Positions 27,619-40,165 of a stretch of DNA of 64,000 nt are shown piece after piece. A program made the translations under genes and the position numbers. Numbering within the stretch: position 1 is the stretch's first letter; the number at the start of each line of letters is the position of its first letter. Origin of the DNA: Octopus sinensis (taxonomy: Eukaryota); NCBI RefSeq assembly GCF_006345805.1, contig NC_043006.1, positions 25,296,001 to 25,360,000 of the forward strand, written 5' to 3'. A model generated the notes under the pieces. It worked only from the letters and a program-made list of their open reading frames with translations. It was not told where the DNA came from and searched no databases.

Positions 27619-27941
27619 ATGGTTCTCAACCGGGGTCCATATAGCCCCCTGTGAGTCCGAGGGTCGTCCACACAACAAATGTAAATTGGAGGATCCACGA
27701 TTGTATTTTAAGGAGCCCCTGAAAATATTTTGCTTAGAATGTATTGCAAGAAACAGTCAGGTTTCTTTCTCTAAGGTTTTACATAGTTCAACCTACACAT
27801 GTCAGTGTACTGAAAACGAAATAGGAATTTTGGAAGAAGTATCTATAAAACTAGTTTTTAAAAATCAAATGGCTATGAGGGTCCACCAGAATAAAATAGT
27901 GATCAAAGGGGTCCATAGATAAAAATGGTTGAGAACCCCTG
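27619..27941. mobile_element. hAT-type MITE in the par-3 intron
   Basis: Ends (AT)GGTTCTCAACC and GGTTGAGAACCCCTG; 8-bp TSD ATGTAAAT (27611-27618 and 27942-27949). Confidence 0.85.
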
Positions 27942-28904
27942 ATGTAAATTATCTTAAGTAATATGTATATCAGTGTCTCATTGTCATAATTCCAAAAGTG
28001 CTATTCAGTTAAGGAATGGCCTTATTCATTAATCTTTGAAAAGTAAGGCATCAAATCAATTAAAACTACATCTTCAAGGGAGTAAACATAGGTACATAAA
28101 GCAAATAACAATACATTGCATATGTAACATTTTAAAGGAATTACTTTCTTATGAAAGTGAAGTTTTCATAGCTGTTAGAAAATGTTTTCTTCCTGTTACC
28201 AACTACTCTAATGGAATGAGTAGGGTAAGTTATTGTGACAACAATACCAGCATTAATATTAGAGAAGTTGTCTTAGAATCTTCTTCATTCAGTATTAGTT
28301 TGGATTTGAAAAAAATGATTTTTAAGGTTTTGCAACATTTTAAGAAGTTTATTAATTCATGATTAAAATTACATGTACAATTATCTAATTGTCTGTCAAT
28401 GTGATTTTAAAATGTAATGATTACCAATATTATTTATTTAAAAAATTTTTTTAAAGATTTCTTTTGAGAAATATCAAGAAATTATATACTTATCTTTGAT
28501 TGAATTAAGGTATTTTAAGCAAGAAATACAGAGTTCAAATGGGTTTATAATTATTAACATAATTATTTTCAAGTTAGCATCCATTTTTCCATGGGATTCA
28601 TACAGAAAAGTTTTTCTTTGCCTTGTCTCATTGTTTTACAATTTCATTCTGGTAACTCTTTGGGGGTCCAGATATAATATTTCAATATACATTTAATCAA
28701 TCATACCAATACTTGATTCAGTATTCTATAATTAATTTTGTTAGATATTTCAGTAAAACATATAAAAAACAAAAACACATTGTTAGAAATTATATAATTC
28801 TTGTTCTATTGTTTGAAATATTTGTATATTTTTTAATGATGCGGAACATCACCAGTTTTCTTGGAGTATAATGTCTTACTATACAAAATATATTAAAGTA
28901 AATT

Positions 28905-29006
28905 TCTTCACATTGCAATCCACATATATTAAAATTGGATTAATACACAGATTATCCTGGCCCCTGCACAAAGATGACATGTACATTTGTGAAACATTCT
29001 TTATTT
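28905..29006 (+). pseudogene. U6: U6 snRNA pseudogene (near full length, decayed)
   Basis: CACATATATTAAAATTGGA, TGGCCCCTGCACAAAGATGACA and TTTGTGAAACATTC..TATTT are collinear with U6. The ACAGAGA box is damaged and CpGs have decayed. Confidence 0.85.
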
Positions 29007-29150
29007 GTTGTTGGCATTTGAAACCATGCCAAAGCTGACCCTGGAGCTCGATGCAGCCCTGCAGCTTGTTTAGATCCTATCGAACTGTCCAACCCATGCC
29101 AGCATGAAAAATGGACATTAAGTGATGATGATAATGATTAGACGATGATG
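29007..29150 (+). mobile_element. Retroposon 3' tail with (GAT)n end, fused to the U6 copy
   Basis: GAAACCATGCCAAA...AACTGTCCAACCCATGCCAGCATG...TGATGATGAT; same family as 40725-40953. Confidence 0.8.
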
Positions 29151-29786
29151 TCGGTGGCACCTCTGACAAAACCAATCTCTTTAATCTCATTTGTTCGTTT
29201 TTTCATGGGTTTGTATAGGGATTTACTTGAGACAGGATTGGACAACTGGATGCTCTTCATCACCAACCGTTCCTTGTTTTTCAAGTAAAGAATTTTTTTG
29301 TTCCAAATGTCTTTGAAAGCACAGAGCAATCAATCATAATGTCAATGGGGATTGTAAACATCATATCACCACTTTGCTCAAAGAATGACAAACAAAACTG
29401 AAATATCAGATTCACCTCAGACATGCACACTCTAATACACACACATGAAACTCACTTATGAGGCATTGATTTATCCAGGTCTATAATAAAAGGCACTCGC
29501 CCAAGTGGAACAAATTCCCAAACTGCATGGTTGTGAGGTGAACTTTCTAACCCCATAACTTTGTCTGCACCTATTTAATGTTTGACTTTTTTAAGTAAAA
29601 GTTTAGCAAGAATCAAATTCTAGAGAAATGGTTGAGTTGATAGGTTGTCAGACTGCCAGCCTAAGAAGCTATAATTTGGATTTAATTGCTATCATTGGAC
29701 TGTGTCCTAGACTAGGACACATCACAAACCACCCAGTCTGCCTAGTTACAAGTAAATACTATCAATAGGTACAAATCAAAACTATC

Positions 29787-30045
29787 ATAATCGTTTAACG
29801 TCCGTTTTCCGTGCTAGCACGGGTTGGACGGTTCGACTGGGGTCTGGGAAGCCAGGGGCTGCACCAGGCTCCAGTCTGATCTGGCAGTGTTTCTACAGCT
29901 GGATGCCCTTCCTAATGCCAGCCACTCCGCGAGTGTAGTGGGTGCTTTTTACGTGCCACCGGCACAGGTGCCAGGGGAGTCTGGCAGCGGCCACGATCGG
30001 TTGGTGCTTTTAACGTGCCACTGGCACAGAAGCCAGTCAAGGCTG
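29787..30045 (-). mobile_element. Retroposon 3' end (RTE-type tail), well preserved
   Basis: Reverse complement of the 2770-3037 element. Confidence 0.85.
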
Positions 30046-30599
30046 ACAAATATGACAAATATTCATTAACATTGTTAAATTCAGATTTCTTGTTTGGAAG
30101 GGGATGGGCTCAGATATGCCGTCCAGCTTTGCTTGAAAACAAATTCTTTGTATGTTCTCAGATGATTACAGGGAGCATCTACATAAGACTATCATTTGTT
30201 GTGTGTGTTACATGTTAATATTCTACTTTAGTAATCTTATTAAGTTCCTTCTAAGTTTCAATTTAATCACGGCTATAGATATTATAAACATTTAACAGAA
30301 TCAAAAGTACTGAACAGTTAGTTATTTTAAAATTTCAGCTAACAGTTACTACTGTATTCTTGACAAATAGTGACCCCTTATCTTATGTTCAGCAGCCCTA
30401 TGCAGTTTGCACTTTAGATATCTTGCAAAAGTCTTGGTGTGCAATAGGTTATGAACAACACAGGAACAAAATAGTTTCTTTATTGCATCTTGTTTATCTG
30501 CCTTGCATTTCTGAATTGAAATTTTGTCAAGATACTTTGAATTTCTTCCTTTCAGATTTCATCAAACATTGTTGATATAATTGACTGTATCAATTCATT

Positions 30600-32700
30600 A
30601 TCATTCAATCATTTAACATCCATGTTCTATGCTGGCATAGGTTGGGCAGTTTGATAGGATCCAACAGGTCAGAGGCCTGCATCATATTCTCATTTACTAG
30701 GTGTCAGCACTAGTGAGGTTGCCATTCAGCTTGCATGACTTAAGTAATTTTGCAAGATTTTGACTGAATAGGGCTACAGTAGAGAGGGAGGCAGCTTTAT
30801 ATTAGGAGATGAAGGTTAAAGTGTGAGAGAAAGGGGACAGAGATGAACAGGTTTCTTGCTGTAGAGGAGCTACAGGGCTACTCACATTATAGCAGGAAAT
30901 TTTGGAATGGCCAGGGTGGAGCTGGAAAGAGATAAAAATTGTGGTGATGAGGTGTTTGGGTAGACACTGAAGACAGGTGATAAGAAGTAGAGACAGGAGA
31001 ACAGGAGTGTGGGTGGGTAGAGGTTGCAAAGTATCAGTGGGGTGGGGACGCGGTTGGAAATGGGGAATGAGTGAGAGTAAATATAATAAAGAACAAGTGC
31101 TGAGGGATGATAGATGGAGACAGTTGGAAAGAGTATGTGACATTTATTAAGGTTGAGGAGTGAATGTAAGGAATGCTGGCTAGAGGTTAACTAGTGATAC
31201 TTAAGTTGGGGGAGTTAGAGGAGAGAAGCCGGTTGATAGTATAGAAAGAAAGGATGAGTTGAAAAGCAGCAGAATCATAATAATGATACAGTAAATAGAG
31301 GAAGAATGTGAGAAGAAATGATGTGTGGAGAGATGGGTATAGTGAATAGGGATTGTAAGATGGTAGAGAACGAGAGATAATTTGGTGACCCAGGGAGGTG
31401 ATCAATGTGTCATCATTTAATGTCTATCTTCCGAGCAGGCATATGCTGGATGGCATGTATTCAATGAGAGGACTGCTTCATGCTACAATGTTCATTCTGG
31501 CATGGTTTCTACAGTTGGATGCTCTTCTTAACACCAGCCATTTTACACAGATACTTTCATGGCATCAGAACTCGTGAAGTTGCTATGGAACTTCTTGGTT
31601 GAGTGAGATATTGTAGAGAGGGAAGTGATTTTATGCTCCGTATTGAGAGGCTAAAGTATGAGAGAATGGACAGTAACAGGTTTCTTGTTGCAGAGCCTAC
31701 CCTACATTATACAAGGGTAGGTGAGAGTAATTAGGGTTGTGCTGGAAAGCAAGATGATGGTGATGAGGTGTCAGAGTGTACCGTTTAAGGTACATGAACA
31801 TGAATAGAAGGGAATGTGGGGACAGAAGATCAAGAATAGCTGGATGATGGTTGCATGCATGTATGTGTGTGTGTGTGCAAGGGAAAGAAATGATTATAGA
31901 TTGGGTAAGGGTGAATGTGGTGAATGGAGAATAAGGTTGGAAGGGAGAGGTTGTTGATGGGAAGGTGATAAGAATGAGGGATGGATATCAATAGAAGTAG
32001 TATGGAAAAGGTAGAAAGGAGCGAGGCGGTGAGCTGGCAGAATCGTTAGCACGCCAGGCGAAATGCGTAGCCGTATTTCGTCTGCTGTTACGTTCTGAGT
32101 TCAAATTCTGCCGAGGTCGACTTTGCCTTTCATCCTTTCGGGGTCGATAAATTAAGTACCAGTTACGCACTGGAGTCGATGTAATCAACTTAATCTGTTT
32201 GTCTGTCCTTGTTTTCCCCTCTGTGTTTAGCCCCTTGTGGGTAGTAAAGAAACAAATAATAACAATACAGTAAATGGGTGGATGGGCGAGAGATAAGGAG
32301 ATTGCAGGTACTGGTGGATGAGTAAAAATTGCAAGAGTGAGGGGAAAGAATGAGAGAGACATAGTGATAGGGATAGAAAGGGTCGGAGGTACATAAGGGT
32401 GAATGTACTGAATGGTGAATAATGGTGGAAGTGGTTGATGGTAGATATGAGATAGTGTTAAGAATGTGGTATAAGTGTCATAGAAAGTGATTCAGAAGAT
32501 GAGGAAAGATAACCAGGGGTACAGAAAGGGTGACCAATTGAAAATACAATGTTAAGAATGAGGAATGGGCATCAAAATAAAGTGATTCATGAAGAGGGTT
32601 AGATAACTGGTAAACACGGAAAGGGATGAAATGTGTAGTTCTGCAGTAGAAGAGTGATAACGAAATGAAGGGGTTGGGAAAACTTAACAGGGAGAAATTG
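30600..32700 (-). mobile_element. Two tandem degenerate retroposons: RTE-type tail plus long pyrimidine-rich body (purine-rich on +)
   Basis: Tails start near 30600 and 31410, each followed by GA-rich sequence sharing ACAGGTTTCTTG-TG-AGAG; mirror image of 46640-47140 and 60140-61140. Confidence 0.6.
32024..32262 (+). mobile_element. Nin/Deu-domain tRNA-derived SINE (family C)
   Basis: Head GGCGGTGAGCTGGCAGAATCG, B box GAGTTCAAATTC, core GCCTTTCATCCTTTCGGGGTCGATAAATTAAGTACCAG, tail TTTAGCCCCTTGTGGG. Confidence 0.85.
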
Positions 32701-32796
32701 GGCAAGGAGCCCAGTTGTTTACGTACACATTATACTTCCAGAACCTCAGCTTCACTGTGATGGGAAGGACTTCTTCAGTTCTGCACCTCTTGTGTG

Positions 32797-33065
32797 GGAT
32801 CTTTTCCTTTTGAACGGCAGTTTGTAATATAATTTCTAGGTAACTAAAAAGTTTTAAACTTCGTATACTGGTAGAATGTGTTTATAAAACATCTTCTCTT
32901 GGCTTTATTGAGAAAATTCTATAGTTTGTAAGATATTTCATCTGAAATTTCGAGCATTTCGGTAATTTGATGTTTTATAAACACATTCTACCAGTATATG
33001 AAGTTTAAAACTTTTTAGTTACCTAGAAATTATGTTACAAAGTGCCGTTCAAAAGGAAAAGATCC
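32797..33065. mobile_element. Fold-back MITE with 97-bp TIRs and 8-bp TSD (Merlin-like termini)
   Basis: TIRs 32797-32893 and 32969-33065 beginning GGATC; TSD CTTGTGTG (32789-32796 and 33066-33073). Confidence 0.85.
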
Positions 33066-33074
33066 CTTGTGTGT

Positions 33075-34260
33075 CTATAGTCTGCACTGGGTACACTGCA
33101 TGGAATTTCTATGTACTCCTTTTCTGTATATCAAACAAGACCATTTCCTTCTTGGAATTAGTCCTCTCTATTATTTTCCTACTTACTAAACTTCTAGTCT
33201 TTGCCAAGTTAACTTTGAAGCCTCTTGACTCCAAGTTCTGCTTTCACACAAAGAATTTCTCTTCTAATTTTACTGATGCAGCTATATGAACATAAGCTTG
33301 TAGGAGTTCCCATGATCATCTAGTCTTAACTTCTGTTATAGCCTGGAGAACTATGATGAATAGGAAGGGATAAAGAACTGAGCCATGATGAATCTCTACC
33401 TTCTATACTCAGTACTAATTCTCACCTTGCGGACAGCACCTCTGTTAACACATAAAACTCTTACAAGCAATTTGACCACAAACTTCCTCAGTCACCATCA
33501 GATCACATTGGAGGGACCCCATTGAAGGTTTTCTCTTGTTTACTTTTAGCTACATACTGCTGCTAGCTCATCTTGAAGTATCACAATTCTAACACGATTG
33601 TCATACAGTCTTGCCTTGAAGGAAAACACTTTTGTTGCTCACAACAACTGTAGCTCCCTGAACTTACTCCAACCTGTTGTTAACCTGGCTACTATATTTT
33701 CAGAGCAACCACTTCTCGTATTAATTGCATCTCCTAGGTAATGAAAGCTATCAGCTACTTCTAGTGAGTCATAAAAGAATCTATTTCTAGTGTGCTTGCA
33801 CATACTGCTCCAGTGCATGTTACACATAAAGCTTACTTTTATTCTGTCTGCAATTGCATTATACCTTTTGTGCATCTATAGATTATATTGGATGCAGCAT
33901 AAGGAGATTATCCTTACTCTGTGTCTGCATGTCAAGCAGAAGATGCCAGGGTCCTGTTCTCTTTCCTACTTCCTAAAACCTTTGCCTTTTCTAAGTTTAC
34001 ATTGAAGTCTCTTGATTCTAGACTTAGCTTCCATTCTTGGTATTTCCCCTCCAATTCCACTACAGATTCAACTTTGAGAACTTCATCATCAACATATAGT
34101 TCTTATGGACAGCCAGTCTTAAACTCTGTGATGTCCTATAGAACTATGGTGAAAAGAAGACTAAGGACTAAACCATGAGGAGCTCCTACCTTTATGTTAA
34201 ATTCATCATTGAAGTCATCGTTGACACTCACTTTGCTTACTGCATCTTTGTGTATGGCTT
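33075..34260 (-). mobile_element. RTE LINE fragments (two partly redundant RT/Zn-finger pieces)
   Basis: Minus-strand similarity to 13600-14200 and 39645-40090 (GAPHGLVLS; LESKGLKVNLAKT-like; Cys cluster). Confidence 0.8.
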
Positions 34261-34284
34261 GTGCAGCCCTTGCAAGCCATAAAC

Positions 34285-34498
34285 AATAATGTGTGTCTGT
34301 GTTTGTCCCCCTAGCATTGCTTGACAACCGATGCTGGTGTGTTTATGTCCCCGTCACTTAGCGGTTTGGCAAAAGAGACCGATAGAATAAGTACTGGGCT
34401 TACAACGAATAAGTCCCGGGGTTGATTTGCTTGACTAAAGGCGGTGCTCCAGCATGGCTGCAGTCAAATGACTGAAACAAGTAAGAGAGTAAAGAGAG
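34285..34498 (+). mobile_element. SINE family A, 3' half
   Basis: TGTGTTTGTCCCCCTAGC...GCAGTCAAATGACTGAAACAAGTAAGAGAG. Confidence 0.9.
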
Positions 34499-34514
34499 AG
34501 TATAATAATAATCC

Positions 34515-35010
34515 TTTCTACTATAGGCACAAGGCCTGAAAATTGATTGCATTGATCCCAGTACTTCACTGATACTTATTTTATCAATCCTTAAGAATGG
34601 AAAGCAAAAGTTAATCTCTGTCGAATTTGTACTCTGAACATAAAGACAGAAGTGCCACTAAGCATTTTGTCTGGTGCCTTAACCCTTTCGTTACCAACCC
34701 GGCTGAAACCGGCTGGGGCTCGGAGTACAAATGTCTTGTTTTCATAAGTTTTCAATTAAAATCTTCCACCAAACCTGAGTCACAATTTATATTCCTAACA
34801 CTAGCTTAATGATAACTAAGTCATTTTACTAAATTCTTTGTTATATTTAAAGTAATTGAAAGAAACACGGAGCATTTCAAAATAAATACAGTAACAAAAG
34901 GGTTAAAGAATGGAAGGCAAAAGTTAATCTCTGTTGAATTTGTACTCTGAACATAAAGATTAGCATTTTGTCTAGTGTGCTAATGATTCTACTAGCTTGT
35001 CACCTAAATA
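34515..35010 (-). mobile_element. Degenerate Nin/Deu SINE interrupted by a MITE and a local duplication
   Basis: Reverse complement of the family C head and core, present on both sides of 34683-34902. Confidence 0.65.
34683..34902. mobile_element. piggyBac-type MITE (TTAA)
   Basis: TIR CCCTTTCGTTAC and GTAACAAAAGGG; TTAA at 34679-34682 and 34903-34906. Confidence 0.85.
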
Positions 35011-35379
35011 ATAATAATAATAATAAAAATGACAATCATACTCAACACCAAGTTTTTAAACATTGGTTACATAAAAATGAAGTTTTGTGGCATAACTCTC
35101 CTGGTGCAATAAATGCAACTAGGGAAGAAATTTTTTAGTCCTTTAGAATGTCATCTTCTTCCTTCTTGTAATTATAGAAGAATCTTTAAAACGCATCCTA
35201 TTAAGATCTCTTTTTCTACTACACCGAATTTAGCCAATAATATCACTACTATTGATCATAGTAAAATTAATAAACACTTCCTTACTAATAATAGCATTGA
35301 TTCGGGCATGAGTATAACCCAAACACACTCTGTTAGACCTTACTCTACTAGTCATGCCTCATGGTTTCAAATTTTGACA

Positions 35380-35580
35380 CAAAGCCAGTAAGTTGGTGGG
35401 GGGGGGGGTTGATTACATCAACCCCAGTGTGCTCAACTGGTAGTTCTTTCATCAACTCTGAAAGGATGAAAGGCAAAGTCACTCTCAGTGGAATTTGAAC
35501 TCAGACTATAAAGATGGACAAAATGCTACTAAGGATTGTCCCCGGAGTGCAAATGATTCCGCCAGCTCGCTTTATAATAA
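35380..35580 (-). mobile_element. Nin/Deu SINE copy
   Basis: Plus-strand text GGATGAAAGGCAAAGTC...GAATTTGAACTCAGA...GATTCCGCCAGCTCGC is the reverse complement of the family C head and core. Confidence 0.8.
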
Positions 35581-37248
35581 TAACTAGTGGGACCTGTGAA
35601 TATTTCATGGAATTAATGGCAAACTTATTGGGCTATTTCTGAAAACTTTACCCAAAAAACCTGAAAGTATAGTCTGTGTTGTGTCTGTATGGAAAGATAT
35701 TCACTCATTTGCTACTCATTCACAAGTGAAGAAAATTGGAATCCGATGATTATTTAATGCACTTTATATATACACTTTATATACTTTATGCACAATTTTA
35801 TAGACACAGCACTCTCACTCTTTGCCTTATCCTCTTTTTCTCTCTTTTTTTCTTTTGCTCTTTGCCCTCCCCTTCAACTAACCGTGTAAAAGCATTATAT
35901 ACGGGCTAAGTAATGGAGGAAAAAAACTTACTTTTAAAAAATTACACATTTCACTCACCCCCACTGACTCTATATCCTGCCTGATTCCCCTTCCCAAGTT
36001 AACTAACTTGTGCAAGTGTAAGAAAAAAAATCGAGTGCCTGCTTGACAAATGCTTAATTAAAAATATTGTATATCAGTGTAACGTAAATGAATCTACAAA
36101 CTTTCATTTACATAGGTACTATGACTTGAAATTTTAAACCAAGAAGATATTACCTCCACATATTTTGGAGGAGAGATACAATCAAATCAACGTCTGTCAC
36201 TGTAAAAATCTGGGGATTTAAAGGAGACAATATTGATTATTGTTTATCATGGTGTATTATTCAATATGCTAATCCTCATGAACCATTGTTATGATTGAAA
36301 TTTCTGTTGTACTGAATAGAAATCTGAAAATGTTCAAATAATATCTATATTACTAAAAGCGAAATTCTGTCTGTCTGGGACTATAATATATCTGTCTACA
36401 TTTGCTCTACATAGACATATTATACCTTTTTGGAATCAGGATGATCCCAGAATTGAAAATCTGCCCTTCATTTGGTTCTTGAACATCGAGCATTAGGGAT
36501 CTGATTTAAAAGCTTTTGGGTTGCTATTTCTGGCAAGTAAAGCAACTGAGAGGTACAAGAGTTACTTCCCTTAGCTTTAAGTTTTACTAAGGAATTTGGT
36601 GGTTCTTTTATCGTTTTCAGTCATCAGACTGCTGCTTCACTGGGGCACCACCTTGAAGAAATCAACACCAGTTCTTTCGTTTTTATGCCTGGTACTTTTT
36701 TATTGGCCTCTTTTACCAAACTGCTAAAGTTATGTAAACATAAACATGGCAACACCTGTTATCAAGCAGTGGTGGGGGACAAACACAGTCACAGTACACA
36801 CACACACCTATTCAAATTTTAAAAGAACTCCAAAAATTTGTGAAGTTACAAGTTTTTCATTTAAATTGATTTTAAAGTAATAGGTAGGATACGAATAAAT
36901 GCTTTATTATTATTGCTCTCTTTAGTTTTGGACTGCAGGCCCAATTAGCCTTCTGCAGGAGCTAGCTTAAAAGTTTGCACAGAGTGTGACTTTTAAGCTA
37001 ATTATTAATAAATATAACGAATTATGAATTAAATGTCCACTTTCTGTCTTATATTTTAAACCTATACTGTAACCTTCTCACAGTCTGTTAATGGCATACC
37101 TGCCCTAATTAAGTTTATGCCTATAAAACTTACTACTAATAGTTGATTTACTTTGATTTTAACCAAACATAACATATCATTTGAACAATATAAAATAGGT
37201 GGTATAACTTAATAATGCAGTAATTTTATAAAACAAATGAAATTAATC

Positions 37249-37417
37249 GGCGCAGGAGTGGCTGTGTGGTAAGTAGCTTGCTTACCAACCACATGGTTCC
37301 AATTTCAGTCCCGCTGCGTGGCTTCTTGGGCAAGTGTCTTCTATTATAGCCTCGGGCTGACCAAAGCCTTGTGAGTGGATTTGGTAGACGGAAACTGAAA
37401 GAAGCCCGTCATATATA

Positions 37418-37464
<47 letters not shown>

Positions 37465-37678
37465 ATGTTTGTGTATCTGTGTTTGTCCCCCTAGCATTGC
37501 TTGACAACTGATGCTGGTGTGTTTACGTCGCCGTCACTTAGTGGTTCGGCAAAAGAGACCTATAGAATAAGTACTGGGCTTACAAAGAATAAGTCCCAGG
37601 GTTAAGTTGCTCGACTAAAGGCGGTGCTCCAGCATGGCCGCAGTCAAATGACTGAAACAAGTAAAAGAGTAAAGAGTA
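37249..37678 (+). mobile_element. Full-length SINE family A
   Basis: GGCGCAGGAGTGGCTGTGTGGTAAG head, internal (TA)/(TG) tract, 3' stem-loop CAGTC-AAAT-GACTG (37641-37654), AAGAGT tail. Confidence 0.92.
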
Positions 37679-38044
37679 ATAGAATTTGTCTCAAACTTCA
37701 AATAATGTTTCCTAGTTAGAACTTATTATTTTAACTCTATTCCTGCCACTTTTCCTAATTTGACATTTTTATTACCCTTCGTGTGTAAGCAAAAGCAAGG
37801 TATTGTAATCACTTGTTTTGGTCTGTTTGTCAGTGTGTTTGCAAAATTACAGGAAAACGGCTGAATGGATTTTCACCAAATTTGGCAGAAATACTCATTG
37901 GGTGAGTGGCTCAAAATTATGAAAATTTAGTTTGATTATCTTCAAATATACATAACTACATACATAGATTATGCGACTGTGTGTGTGTGCAGTGATCAGT
38001 TTGAGGGTTTTGTTTATTTACGAATTGATTTCTTAATTTCATCA

Positions 38045-38436
38045 GAGTAGGAGTGGCTATGTGGTAAGTAGCTTGCTTACCAACCACATGGTTCCAGGTT
38101 CAGTCCCACTGTGTGGCACCTTGGGCAAGTGTCTTCTACTATAGCCTCGGGCCGACCAAAGCCTTGTGAGTGGATTTGGTAGATGGAAACTGAAAGAAGC
38201 CTGTCGTATATATGTATGTGTGTGTATATGTTTGTGTGTCTGTGTTTGTCCCCTCAACATCACTTAACAACTGATGCTGGTGTGTTAATGTCCCTGTAAC
38301 TTAGTGGTTCAGCAAAAGAGAACGATAGAATAAGTACTGGGCTTACAAAGAGTAAGTCCTGGGGTCGATTTGCTCGACTAAAGGTAGTGCTCCAGCATGG
38401 CCACAGTCAAATGACTAAAACTAGTAGAAGAGAGTA
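38045..38436 (+). mobile_element. Full-length SINE family A
   Basis: Collinear with 37249-37678. Confidence 0.9.
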
Positions 38437-39029
38437 TAAATACTTATAATGATGATACTTTAAAAATAAAAAAATTTAATTGAACTTACAAATTTCTCGA
38501 TAAGCAAGATATATTATTTATATCTTACAACAAACTATAGTACATTTGGTTCATATAGTACATGTTGGAAACACTTACATTCTATGCAATATTTTCTATA
38601 AGTATTTAATTTTGTTCACTTCTTTTTCATATGAATCAACCCTCATCTGCATATATTTAGATTATGGTGTACCTATGTGCATGGACACATGTAGGTACAT
38701 ATATACATACATAGATATGCGACTATGTGTGAGTGTGTGTGCATGTACAGCAATAGATCTGATGGTTTCATTTATTTACAAGTTGATTTCTTAGTTTCAC
38801 TGGAGTATAAGTACCCATAACGGTGATACTTTAAAAAAACAAATAATAATTCAGTTCAATTAAAAAACATGGGTAAGCAATGCATTGCAAGTCGCACTAT
38901 AATTTAGGCAAAAACTTATCTGTGCACAGGGTATGCATTGTCACTCTGACACCTTTTTTTTTTAATTATGTATTTATTTACTAATGTTAAATCTAAGTGT
39001 TTTTATGTCAAATTATGTGTTTTATGTCA

Positions 39030-39365
39030 CATAGTTCCAGGTTCAGTTCCACTGTGTGGCACCTTTGGCAAGTGTCTTCTACTATAGCCTCGGGCCAACC
39101 AAAGCCTAGTTAGTGGATTTGGTAGACGGAAATTGAAAGAAGCCCGTCGTATATGTATATATGCGTGTGTGTCTGTGCTTGTCCCCCCCACCATTGCTTG
39201 ACAACTGATGGTGTGTTTACGTCGGTGTAATTTAGCAGTTTGGCAAAAGAAACTGATAGAGTAAGTACTAGGCTTACAAAGAATGAGTCCTAGGGTTGAT
39301 TTGTTTGACTAAAAGGCGGTGCTCCAGCATGGCTGCAATCAAATGACAGAAACAAGTAAATAACT
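39030..39365 (+). mobile_element. 5'-truncated SINE family A
   Basis: Starts within the head (TAGTTCCAGGTTCAGTTCCAC) and runs to the tail. Confidence 0.88.
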
Positions 39366-39509
39366 GAATAAATATATATATAATAATTTAAGTTCTCTTA
39401 ATTGACTTATTTTATTCACATTATCAAATTATCTATAATGAGTATGGTAATATTGTTATAATCTGGTGGGTTTGGTAACTTTACTTCATAACTACCTATC
39501 TAGCCATAA

Positions 39510-40090
39510 TTTTCTTTGCACCAGACTCCAATCTGATCTGGCAGAGTTTCTACAGCTGGATGCCCTTCCTAACGCCTACCACTCTGAGAGTGTAGTGGGT
39601 GCTTTTATGTGCCACCGGCACAAGGGCCAGGCTATTCTTATTCTAGCAGCTACACTTTCAGTGCACACTCCCCCGCTGCTGACTTGGTCACCCAGGTAAC
39701 GGAAAGTATCAACTACTTCTAGTTTTTCTCCCTGGAATGTGGCAGAAGTTGTTCTCTGCACATTTTCAGTGTTCATTGCTCCCAAGCATCTGCCATATAT
39801 AAAAACTATCTTCCCAGTTAGCCTTCCTTTGATATTACTGCACCTCTTATGTGTCCATAGCTTACACTGGGTACATCTTATAGAGTTTCTACCTACGCCT
39901 TTTCTACAGATCGAGCAGGGCCATCTACCTGAAGGGATTTGTGGTTTGCCTGCCTTCCTACTTATTAGGATTTTGGTTTTAGCTAGGTTGACTCTAAGGT
40001 CCTTTGATTCTAATCCTTGTTTCCACACTTGAAACTTCTCCTCTAGTTCTGATAGTGACTCAGCAATTAGAGCAACCACACAACACAATA
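39510..40090 (-). mobile_element. RTE LINE fragment (post-YADD region with Cys/His finger) fused to the RTE-type tail
   Basis: ORF 39576-40088: ALIAES...RVNLAKTK...WPCSICRKGVGRNSIRCTQCKLWTHKRC...FRYLGD, running directly into tail sequence. Confidence 0.9.
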
Positions 40091-40165
40091 CAATGTAATT
40101 TAGTATATCATCGCTTTATGATTGCATTTACCAATTATTTCTGAGGCCTCAGAAATGCTCCACTT

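Noticed and set aside
36344-36420. TCTATATTACTAAAAGCG...TCTGTCTG, resembling a Helitron 5' end
   Set aside because: No matching 3' hairpin-CTAG end was found nearby.
37765-37960. Segment resembling Helentron/HINE-type non-autonomous repeats
   Set aside because: Termini could not be defined from a single copy.
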